A stretch of DNA of 64,000 nucleotides from Polyangiaceae bacterium (GTDB lineage: Bacteria > Myxococcota_A > Polyangia > Polyangiales > Polyangiaceae), in contig CBDCTZ010000016.1 of NCBI GenBank assembly GCA_965222375.1, forward strand, positions 2,496,001 through 2,560,000, in the 5' to 3' direction. How positions within the stretch are numbered: the stretch's first letter is position 1; each line of letters starts with the position of its first letter. Below the pieces are notes generated by a model. The model made no database searches and had not been told where the DNA came from. It was given only the letters and a program-made list of their open reading frames with translations. Both the position numbers and the translations under genes were made by a program. Positions 18,573 to 26,673 of this stretch are shown here, one piece after another.

Positions 18573-18606
18573 AAAAGAAAACGGGCCAAGCCCAAGGCCT
18601 GGCCCG
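18573..18606 (-). terminator. Intrinsic terminator after dctP
   Basis: Minus strand: cgggccagg-ccttggg-cttggcccg followed by ttttcttttg. Confidence 0.65.
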
Positions 18607-18631
18607 CAATCGGGTCATGGGTCGCTCGCTC

Positions 18632-19618
18632 TCAGCAGGCGCCGACTTTCTTCAGGGCACCCGCCGGAATCGCGCCTTTTAGGCGCTTGCAGGCTTTCTT
18701 GAACACTTTCTTCCATTCCTTCTTCTCGGCACCGGTGGGCTTGTGCGTCTTCATCTTCTTCTTGAGGCGCTTGAAGGCCTTCTTGTCTGCCCGGCGAATG
18801 CGTTTGGTGAGCGCCTTGGCAGCCTGGGCACCCGTATCCGTGACCACCTCGCGCTGGTCCGCAGACAGCTTGTCCAAGGACTTCTGGCTCATGATGACCG
18901 CGCCGATACCGAAGTAGGTCGGGTGGGTGTTGATGTGGTCCAAGCGGGACGCCCACTGCAGCAGCTCGGCTGCCAGGGCCGGAGTGTTCATCACGTTGAT
19001 GGCGCCAGAATTGAGCTTCGGCAGGAAGCCCGTGATGCTCGACGGCACCGGCGTTATCCCGCCAATGGACTCGTAGACTTTCGGGGCAATGACGTCCTTG
19101 GCGATGGCGCCGGGGCGCTTGCCTCTCAGGTCACTCGGGACTCTCACGGGAAATCCCTTCGAAAAGACGTATCCGACGCCGACGTCACCGAAGCCACCCA
19201 AGTGAAAGCCCTCTTTCTTGAGCGCCTTCTTGAGCTCCGGGGTCAGCTTGTCGCGTGCCTTGTCGAGCTGCCTCCAGCTCTTGAAGGCGCCGGGGATCTG
19301 CAGCGCGAGGAAGCGCTTGTCGATGGAGGCGAGACCGACTGCCGTCACGGCAGCGCCACTGAGCTGGTTGGCGCGAACTTTCCCAACCACCCCGCTCTCG
19401 GGGCCAGCGGTGCCGTTCCAGAGCCAGGTGACCTTGACCTTGCCCTTGGTCTTCTTCTTGACCGCCTTGGACCAGGTTCGGAACACCTTCCCCCAAGGGC
19501 TTCGCTTGGGGGCCTGGGTGGCCATCTTCAGCTCACTCTTCTTGGCGTGGGCAACCTCGCCCATGCCCATAAGTACGAAAGCGGCAGCGACGCATGCCGC
19601 CATCAACCTTGAAAACAT
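18632..19618 (-). CDS. dctP: TRAP substrate-binding protein DctP (TatP-type)
   Basis: LKMATQAPKRSPW, PSDLRGK; signal peptide; GAGGAGG RBS before ATG 19618. Confidence 0.9.
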   Translation of the reverse strand: MFSRLMAACVAAAFVLMGMGEVAHAKKSELKMATQAPKRSPWGKVFRTWSKAVKKKTKGKVKVTWLWNGTAGPESGVVGKVRANQLSGAAVTAVGLASIDKRFLALQIPGAFKSWRQLDKARDKLTPELKKALKKEGFHLGGFGDVGVGYVFSKGFPVRVPSDLRGKRPGAIAKDVIAPKVYESIGGITPVPSSITGFLPKLNSGAINVMNTPALAAELLQWASRLDHINTHPTYFGIGAVIMSQKSLDKLSADQREVVTDTGAQAAKALTKRIRRADKKAFKRLKKKMKTHKPTGAEKKEWKKVFKKACKRLKGAIPAGALKKVGAC

Positions 19619-19784
19619 TCTGTCTTTCCTCCTCGACGAAACCCGGAAATCCACGGGCAGACGCCGCCCGGCATCAGTGAGACGGGCCGCTGCCCCGAAG
19701 CGTTCAATCCTTTACGCGAAAAACATCCCCCGCGCCCCCTGAAAGCGCGTTCAGACCCGGAAGATCTGCCCCTCCTCAGGCGAC

Positions 19785-20717
19785 TTAGAGCTGGAAACCG
19801 CACTCCTCCTGCCAGATCGGGTTGCCCAGATAGCGCCGCGCTCTGCGCTTGGCGATCACGTTGGGCAAGCGCGCCTCCGGCAGGGTGTCTCCAGCCGCCA
19901 AGATCTCGTTCAAGGTCCGGACATAGGCGGCTTTGTCGCCTTTGAAGCAGTAGTAGCGCTGCGCCAGGTTCAGCTTGGTCGCTAGGTATTTGCCGCCGTT
20001 GATGGCCAAAGCCTTGTCGAACATCTTCTTGGACTCGTCCAGCTCCGCCATGGCGGAGCGGGCATGGTACGCGCCCAGAATGGTGTAGCCCGTTCCGTAT
20101 ACGAGCTTGTCGTTCAACTCGACGCTGCGCTTGACCATCTCCACGCCCACGTGGAGCTCACCAATGATCTCCGGAACATCCTTGGAGACCCCGACGTGGC
20201 CGACCCAGGCATAGCCCGCCCACAGCAAGTCCTCCGCTTGCTCCTCGTCGTCGAAATTCTCGACTAGCCACTTCCGAATCGTTTCATGATTGCGCCGCGC
20301 CGCCTGGAACCCTTCGGCGTGGTGGCCAAGCAGCTCGATGCCGTAGTAGCGCGCTCGCAGGAAGCCCGCCCGTGCGCGGAGGATGTGGTACTCCGCCATC
20401 ACTTCGTCTTCTTTTTCGTAGGCGACTTCATAGTCGTCCTCGGTGAAGCCGAAGGACAGGCCCGCCCAGCCGCGCGTCAGCATGAACAAGGCGTCCGTGT
20501 TGTCCGGCGCCAGCTTGTGCATGCCTTCGAGCTGCGCCATGCCCGCCATGGCCGCACCGCGCGCGACTTCGTAGTCGTGCAAGGTATTGACCGCCGCAGA
20601 ACCCTGACGCGTGCCCTTGATCTGTCCGTTCAGGAGTACCTTCTTCAGGCAACCCGACACACCGGTTGTCAGCCCTACCAAAAGCAGCGCCGCGCAAATC
20701 CCTCTCCACCACTTCAT
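19785..20717 (-). CDS. tatT: TRAP transporter T-component (TatT, TPR-like lipoprotein)
   Basis: Lipobox VSGC; helical protein with RARAGFLRARYYG and NVIAKRRARRYL; directly upstream of dctPQM. Confidence 0.8.
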   Translation of the reverse strand: MKWWRGICAALLLVGLTTGVSGCLKKVLLNGQIKGTRQGSAAVNTLHDYEVARGAAMAGMAQLEGMHKLAPDNTDALFMLTRGWAGLSFGFTEDDYEVAYEKEDEVMAEYHILRARAGFLRARYYGIELLGHHAEGFQAARRNHETIRKWLVENFDDEEQAEDLLWAGYAWVGHVGVSKDVPEIIGELHVGVEMVKRSVELNDKLVYGTGYTILGAYHARSAMAELDESKKMFDKALAINGGKYLATKLNLAQRYYCFKGDKAAYVRTLNEILAAGDTLPEARLPNVIAKRRARRYLGNPIWQEECGFQL

Positions 20718-20773
20718 GGTGCGCGGAATAGCCGTAAACCGCCGGAAATTCAACGCTAGTCCGTCGGCCCCGC

Positions 20774-22039
20774 TCAGCGGCCGAGAATCACGCAGGCGAC
20801 TCGCATCCGAACCCAAGGGTCGTCGTCCGCCAGTGCCGTGGCGGCCCGACTGGCATCACCCAGAGACAGCAGCCCTTCCGCCGCAACCAGGCGCGACCGA
20901 GCCCGTTTTGCGGACAATAGGGGGGTCAAGCGGGGCGCCACGCTCTTTTCTCCTGCTGCCGCCAGGGCCGCACGAGCCTGCAGCCCGATGTCGTCATTCG
21001 CCGCCGCCAGCTTGCCGAGTTTGCGGATCGCGCTGGCGCGGCTGTCCTGAAAGCCTGCCAGGCGGGCCCAGGCCATCACCTGGACGTCCTTGTCTTCGTC
21101 CTTGGCGGCGTCGTCGACGGCCTTACGAGCGTCTGGATCTGCAAGCGGCACCATTCGAATCGCCATGCGCCGCTCGGCCTGCGTGCCTTTGCTCACCGCT
21201 CGCGTCAGCACGGCCTCTCCGACTTTGGCCTCGGCGCCGCCGGCGCGAGTCAACGCTGCGGCGGCCGACAGAGCCGCAATGCCACGCTCCGTCTCAGCGA
21301 TGCGCAAGAGCTTGCCTCGCCCACCCACGTTCAACGCTGCGGGCATGGACCAGGCTGATGTCAGCGTGACGCGGGTGACTTCGTCGGCCTTCGCCCACAG
21401 GTCATCCAGGCGATTGACGATGTCCTGCCCTCCGACCGCACCCACGGCGCGGATCGCGATGCTGCGGCTGAGCGGATCTGGATCGACCCGGGCAGCTTCG
21501 AAGAGCGCCTCTGTGTCGTCAGATAGCGGCGCTGCCACCGCGGCCTGCAAGGCGGCTCGGCGCACGCGCTCGTCCGGATCCTGCATCAGCTCTCGCCGCA
21601 CCATGCCATCTGCGGCGCGGGTTGCGGCGCGGGCGGCAACGGCTCGCCAGGAGCCCGCGGCGTTGTCTCGATACTTCGCGACCAGCCTCTTGCCGTCGCG
21701 CTTGCCCAGTTCATATAGAATGAGCGTGGCTTCGGCCGCCGGATCATCGCCCCGCTTGGCTCTATCCTCGAGCACCCGGGTCAGAGACGACGCACAGGTG
21801 CGAAGGGAGCGAAATGCTTTCGTTGCGTCGGGCCCTTTCGCGGAGTGAATTTCCCGTTCGGCAACGGCGTGGGCCAGGTCGCGCACGGCGGCCTCGTCGA
21901 GCTTGCCGGAGGCTTGAGCCGACTTGACCTCGCGCTTGAGGCTCGCCAAATCCCCAGAAAGCGCTGTCCGAACGACGGAACTTCCCCCGCACGCGCAAAC
22001 GAGGCACAAGGCCGAAAGCAGGGCTGCAGCCCGACGCAT
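20774..22039 (-). CDS. HEAT-repeat lipoprotein
   Basis: Lipobox VCAC; repeated DPDERVRRAA / DPDPLSRSIA / DDDPWVRMRVA units. Confidence 0.8.
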   Translation of the reverse strand: MRRAAALLSALCLVCACGGSSVVRTALSGDLASLKREVKSAQASGKLDEAAVRDLAHAVAEREIHSAKGPDATKAFRSLRTCASSLTRVLEDRAKRGDDPAAEATLILYELGKRDGKRLVAKYRDNAAGSWRAVAARAATRAADGMVRRELMQDPDERVRRAALQAAVAAPLSDDTEALFEAARVDPDPLSRSIAIRAVGAVGGQDIVNRLDDLWAKADEVTRVTLTSAWSMPAALNVGGRGKLLRIAETERGIAALSAAAALTRAGGAEAKVGEAVLTRAVSKGTQAERRMAIRMVPLADPDARKAVDDAAKDEDKDVQVMAWARLAGFQDSRASAIRKLGKLAAANDDIGLQARAALAAAGEKSVAPRLTPLLSAKRARSRLVAAEGLLSLGDASRAATALADDDPWVRMRVACVILGR

Positions 22040-22060
22040 CGTGGGCACGGTGATAGCACA

Positions 22061-23125
22061 GTGAAGACCGCCCTAGTCGTCAATCCACAAGCACGCGCCT
22101 TTCGGCGACGGGAAAAGCTGATTTCCGCCGTCCGCCGTTGCGCTCGGGGAGGCGCACGCGTCTGGGTCACGGACGATGACTGCGCGCTTACGACCGCCGC
22201 CCGGGAGATCATCGAGTGGGGCGCGGACCGCGTCGTACTGTGCGGTGGCGACGGAACCCTGATGGCCGGCGTGAGCGCGCTGCGGCACGTCGACGAACAC
22301 GTGGAGCTGCCGGAGATCGTGGTTGCGCCGGCTGGCACCGTGGCCACGGTGGCGCGGAACTGGGGACAGCGCGCAGACGTGCTGGACACCGTTGTCAGAG
22401 CGACCGCCGGGGAGCGGCCCCGAGTCCGCCTGGTCTCGCCCACGCTGCAGGTCACGTGGAAGTACAACGGAAGCCGTACGGATTTTTCAACATCTGGGGT
22501 GTCGGAGGAGCGCGATGGCTCGCGGACGCTCGAGGTGGCGGAGACGCCGAGGAAACGGCGCGAAGGCTCTCCGACTCTTGGGGTGTCCGAAAGGAGCAGC
22601 GAGAGGCGCGTTGGTTTCATTCTCGGGACGGGATTGGTCGCGCATTTCTTCGAGAAGTACTACGCCCGCGGCGGCGGGGGTTACGCCCGCGCGGCCAGCA
22701 TCGTGGCACGTACCTTCACCGGTTCGTTCCTGGGAGACGCTTACTCCCGTTCCGTGTTGGACCCGTTGCCCTGCCGCCTAACCGTAGACGGCAGCGAACT
22801 AGCGCCCACCGCGTTCAGCTTGGTGGTGACGAGCGTGGTGCGAAACCTCGGCCTCGGTATGCGAGTCACACACCGCGCGGCAGAAGATCCCGAACGCCCG
22901 CACTTGGTCGCCTCGCCTTTGTCGGCGCGAAAGCTAGGCCCCCAAGCGCCGCGGGTCCTGCTCGCCCGAGCCCTGAAGGGCGCTGACAACTTTGACGGAT
23001 TGTACACAGAGCTCCGAATCGAGTTCCCGGAGGCGCGGGGACCCTGGGTCCTAGATGGCGACGTGTTCTTCTCGAACACGGTGCAGGTGAGTGCGGGTCC
23101 GTGCGTGCGCGTTGCGGCGTACTAG
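22061..23125 (+). CDS. Diacylglycerol/lipid kinase family protein with an in-frame insertion
   Basis: LVVNPQA, GGDGT, PAGTVAT and LDGD motifs; GTG start at 22061. Confidence 0.85.
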   Translation: MKTALVVNPQARAFRRREKLISAVRRCARGGARVWVTDDDCALTTAAREIIEWGADRVVLCGGDGTLMAGVSALRHVDEHVELPEIVVAPAGTVATVARNWGQRADVLDTVVRATAGERPRVRLVSPTLQVTWKYNGSRTDFSTSGVSEERDGSRTLEVAETPRKRREGSPTLGVSERSSERRVGFILGTGLVAHFFEKYYARGGGGYARAASIVARTFTGSFLGDAYSRSVLDPLPCRLTVDGSELAPTAFSLVVTSVVRNLGLGMRVTHRAAEDPERPHLVASPLSARKLGPQAPRVLLARALKGADNFDGLYTELRIEFPEARGPWVLDGDVFFSNTVQVSAGPCVRVAAY

Positions 23126-23175
23126 ATCGGCGTGTTGCGTCGCGACGTACTAGATCGACGTTTTGCGCCGCGACG
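23106..23175 (+). repeat. ~28-bp tandem duplication overlapping the DAGK stop codon, about 2.5 copies
   Basis: cgtactagatcg at 23118-23129 and 23146-23157; partial third unit ttttgcgccgcgacg. Confidence 0.8.
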
Positions 23176-23349
23176 AGGTGTGGAACAGAGTCGGTGTGCC
23201 CCGAGTTGGCCGAGTTCCGGTGCGAATCGGAGGCCGCGACGGACACGAGTAGCCGCGAGGCGCGGTTTGGCTGCCTCGTGTAGGACACGCACGACTGCAA
23301 CGGGCCAACCCGTCGGAGGGCGAGGGGCTGATAGGCAGGTGCGGTTATG

Positions 23350-23642
23350 TGCCTTGCGCGAACCAGAAAAGTCCCAGGGCGGGAGGGCATATTGTTCGGC
23401 ACATTGGGCACGCCAGTTGCGCGAATTTTGTACGGAGCCCTCCCATCGGGCGGGTACACATTGGTCGGGCGACCGCGATGCTGAGTTGCGGAAAACGCGC
23501 CGGCGAATGATGTCTTGCCGACTGATAGGGGCTGCGGTGCGGGCGGGCCTTGGGGGGCCCGCCACATCCGCACCTCCGCCGGGACGCCGGCGCCTCGCGT
23601 GCCAGTGAAAGAGCGCAGAGCGCGCGCGGCGCTCGGGCCAGG
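23350..23642 (-). repeat. Left copy of a ~295-bp structured inverted repeat flanking the HNH gene
   Basis: Its reverse complement aligns with 25353-25648, including an identical 31-nt block (23464-23494 vs 25499-25529). Confidence 0.9.
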
Positions 23643-23714
23643 TGGGTGCAGTGATTGTTGCGCCCCGCGCGCGAGTCAACGTGTTGTGTACGTTGCTGCG
23701 CGTCAGTCCTCTGC

Positions 23715-25139
23715 CTACGGCGCGATAGTTTCTTGCGCAGGAGCGCGGTGCGGTTGAGCGTGAGCCCTTGGCTCAGCTGGTTTCTCCGTGGCGCCAGAGT
23801 GCGGTGAGACTTGTTTGACGGGATACAGCAACGCGACGGCCTGTCGCAGCAATGCCTCGACCTCGGGCTCAGTCCTGCGCTCTCGGAGCGTGTCCAGCGC
23901 GGAGTTGACCTGCTTGCGTTTGAATCCGAGGCCAACCAGTACTTTGCCCGCTTTCGAATAGGCTTCGCGCTCTCGCTGCTTGCGCCGGATGTGCTCCTCC
24001 CCGAACTCGCGCCTGGCCGCGTCTTGGTTGTGAGGTCCGCAGAGCAGGCAGAGGTTATGGACACTGGGAGGGCCACCGCGAGCGTGTGGGTCTACGTGTT
24101 CTATGGTCACATAGCGTTTCTCACTGCAGCGCCGTCCGTGCGCGTCGACAAAGGTGCATTGGGACTCGTCGCGCTCCCACACCTCTCGAGCCACCGAGAC
24201 GGGTACGTGTCGTGAGTCTTCTTTGAGCGACCGGAGCTTGCGGGGCTTGTCGCTCACCACGCCCTGTCGGCGCTTGGTCTCCTTCGCGATGAGCTCGTCC
24301 AACGCACGCTCGAACAGCTCCCCCAGGTTCCCCGGCGCCACCGCGTGGCTGAGCAGATTCTGGGCGTGTTCGAGTTTCGCGTGAAGCTCCGCGCTGGCTG
24401 TGAACTCGACTCGGTAGCTCTGCGCGGAGAGCGGCTGCACTCGAGCCTGCGCCCCATGCTTACCTCGTCCGTGAGATTCACTCGTCTCAGGATAGGTAGC
24501 GTCGCTCGCGGTTCCGGCGCCGTCGAGGCAATCCCTTGTCCCGGGATAGGTAAGTCCGTCAGTGGCTTCGACCGGACGCTTGGTGGGGTCGGCGTCGAGG
24601 CAACCGCTTGTCCCAGGATAGGTAAGTCCGTCGGCCGCGCCAGCGGGAACTTCCTTCTTCGCGGGGTTAGCGGCGACTGCACCTATCCCAGGACGAGTTG
24701 ATTCCGCGCCGAGGGGCGTGATGCTGGCCAGGACATCAGGCTTGGGGAACCATCGTGCAAGCACGAGTTCGAGCTCACGGCGGGTCTTGCCGCGAGCCTC
24801 GGCCAGCAGCGACTCCACGTTGTTTTTGGTTAGATGACCCGAGAGCAGGAAAAGCCCGGTCAGGTGAATTGCCCCGCTCTTCAGCTCGTTGAGGATCTGC
24901 GGCAACTCCAGGTACAGGCGAGCCACGCGCATTCGCTTCAGGGCAGCTTGTTCCGAGTAGCCAAGCCGCTCGACGCAGAACGAAAACAGCGAGGAACAGG
25001 CTTCCTGGAGGTAGAGTTTTCGACGCTCGACCTCTGCCAAATAGACGATGACCTCAGCGGTCGCTCGTCGCTCTTCGGAGCAGAGCACCGGCAGCCGCGC
25101 GAGGAGTTGTTCGTTGCTGAGAGAGTCGAGAGTGTCCAT
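23715..25139 (-). CDS. HNH endonuclease with DUF222-like N-terminus and RuvA-C-like tail
   Basis: REVWERDESQCTFVDAHGRRC...IEHVDPHARGG...NLCLLCGPHNQ; N-terminal LSNEQLLARL...SSLFSFCVERLGYSE; C-terminal LVGLGFK...LLRQAV. Confidence 0.88.
   Translation of the reverse strand: MDTLDSLSNEQLLARLPVLCSEERRATAEVIVYLAEVERRKLYLQEACSSLFSFCVERLGYSEQAALKRMRVARLYLELPQILNELKSGAIHLTGLFLLSGHLTKNNVESLLAEARGKTRRELELVLARWFPKPDVLASITPLGAESTRPGIGAVAANPAKKEVPAGAADGLTYPGTSGCLDADPTKRPVEATDGLTYPGTRDCLDGAGTASDATYPETSESHGRGKHGAQARVQPLSAQSYRVEFTASAELHAKLEHAQNLLSHAVAPGNLGELFERALDELIAKETKRRQGVVSDKPRKLRSLKEDSRHVPVSVAREVWERDESQCTFVDAHGRRCSEKRYVTIEHVDPHARGGPPSVHNLCLLCGPHNQDAARREFGEEHIRRKQREREAYSKAGKVLVGLGFKRKQVNSALDTLRERRTEPEVEALLRQAVALLYPVKQVSPHSGATEKPAEPRAHAQPHRAPAQETIAP
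24521..24632 (-). repeat. Intragenic 72-bp-period repeat in the HNH linker (DGLTYPGTxxCLD)
   Basis: cgtcgaggcaa...gataggtaagtccgtc at 24521-24560 and 24593-24632. Confidence 0.85.
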
Positions 25140-25352
25140 GTTTCTTTCGTAACACGGGGATATTTTCCTTCACTGCTTGCCCGCAGTTGGCGTTTCGGCG
25201 ATGCGGCTACCGGCGAAGTCGTTTCGAAGTCGAAGCGCCCTTGGGCTTCAATCTCGCGCGCGCACCGCGCACTTGAATCGCTGGTCTCGAAACTCGAAAC
25301 GACGCCGCCCAGAGACCCGTCAAGCACAAAGTGCGTCACAAGGTCAGAAACT

Positions 25353-25648
25353 CCTGGTCAGTGGTGCGCGCGCTTCACGCTCCTGCACTGACAACTTCGG
25401 CGCCGGCGCCCCGGCGGAGATGCGGACGTGGCGGGCCCTCCAAGGCCCGCCCGCATCGAAGCCCCTTCCGGTCGGATTCAACCCTGTCGCCGGCGCTATT
25501 TCCGCAACTCAGCATCGCGGTCGCCCGACACTTTGTACCCTCCCGAGGGTGGGCCTCCGTACAAAAATTGCGCAACTGAATCTACACTGGGCCGATCACC
25601 GTGCCCACCCGCCCTGGGCCTGTTGTGGGTACGGTGTGGCAAAGGCAT
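25353..25648 (+). repeat. Right copy of the ~295-bp structured inverted repeat flanking the HNH gene
   Basis: Aligns to the reverse complement of 23350-23642; nested stems conserved. Confidence 0.9.
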
Positions 25649-25690
25649 TTCTTTTTCCATACCCAGCCACCGTGCTGGGACGCGCATCGG

Positions 25691-25880
25691 CCGTGGTCAG
25701 CTCGTCCGTCGCCACCCAAGCAGCGCCCGCCGTGGTCAGCTCGGTAGTCGTCCCCCAAGCAGCGCCCGCCGTGGTCAGCTCGGTAGTCGTCCCCCAAGCA
25801 GCGCGCGCTATTCAGTCCGGCAGTCGTCCCCCAAGCAGCGCGCTGTTCATCTCGCCGGTCGTCCCCCGAGCTGAGCGCGT
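25691..25880 (+). repeat. 39-bp tandem repeat (3 good units plus about 2 degenerate units)
   Basis: ccgtggtcagctcggtagtcgtcccccaagcagcgcccg units at 25691, 25730 and 25769. Confidence 0.9.
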
Positions 25881-26036
25881 CATGCGGTCCTCGGAGCGAC
25901 GATGCGCCCGAGGCTGGGTGTGCGCCCCGCGGCACCGTTCGATGTCCGAGTTTCCCGTTTGCCGCCCCACCAGAAAGGCTGCTCCGGAGCTGCAGATTAC
26001 TTTTCTGTCTCGGCGACCGGATGCCATGATTTCACG

Positions 26037-26393
26037 ATGCTCCAGGAACGTCGGAAAGCACGTAGTGATGTCGAACAGGTAGCCGCGCAGCTGTATTTGC
26101 GGGTGGCTACACAGCGCAGCAACCTGGCTGGGTTTGTGCTGGCGGATGACAGTGGGCTGGTGATTGCGGCTCAGACCAAGGGGGCGGCTGCGGAGACCCT
26201 GGCGGCGTTTGCGCCTTTGGGCAGCGCCAATCAGCACTGCGCGGAGGCCCTTTCGGTACCGGCTGACAGCGTGCATGTGCACTCCTTCGACCTGCTCGGT
26301 CAGCGTTGTCACTTGAGCGCGGTCGGACCGGCGAGGCCGAACATGCGCGACGCAGCCCAAGCCATGGGCCGCATCTTTTCTGAAGCGGCCTGA
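26037..26393 (+). CDS. Small Roadblock/LC7-like protein
   Basis: FVLADDSGLVIAA motif; 118 aa; ATG at 26037. Confidence 0.55.
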   Translation: MLQERRKARSDVEQVAAQLYLRVATQRSNLAGFVLADDSGLVIAAQTKGAAAETLAAFAPLGSANQHCAEALSVPADSVHVHSFDLLGQRCHLSAVGPARPNMRDAAQAMGRIFSEAA

Positions 26394-26577
26394 GGCGCCG
26401 CCGACAGCCTGGGGCTCCTCCAGGCGCGTTGACGCGAGCGGGTCCGCGACCAGGCGCCAAACACGCCGTGAGTTCTCGTCGCTGGCTCGACTGACCGACG
26501 GGCAGTGGCCCCGCGCGGCCCGGTGCGGGAGGCACGGCCCTGCCTGGCCTCGTGCTCGACCCCAAAACCAAACCGTA

Positions 26578-26599
26578 GAGTTAGTCGATCGACTAACTC
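26578..26599. promoter_or_regulatory. Perfect 22-bp palindrome, operator-like
   Basis: GAGTTAGTCGATCGACTAACTC is its own reverse complement; function is inferred. Confidence 0.5.
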
Positions 26600-26673
26600 C
26601 AGATCCCGCGGCGTTCGCATCGCTGACGATGCTCAAGAGTTCGCAGCGCTCGCCGAGCAACGCCGCCAACAGA

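Noticed and set aside
23715..25139. IscB/Cas9-like or group II intron-encoded nuclease
   Set aside because: No PLMP, split RuvC or RT motifs are visible; only the HNH motif is shared
25177..26082. 301-aa ORF across the right inverted repeat and the 39-bp array
   Set aside because: No protein motifs; it stays open because the repeat unit is a multiple of 3 in GC-rich DNA
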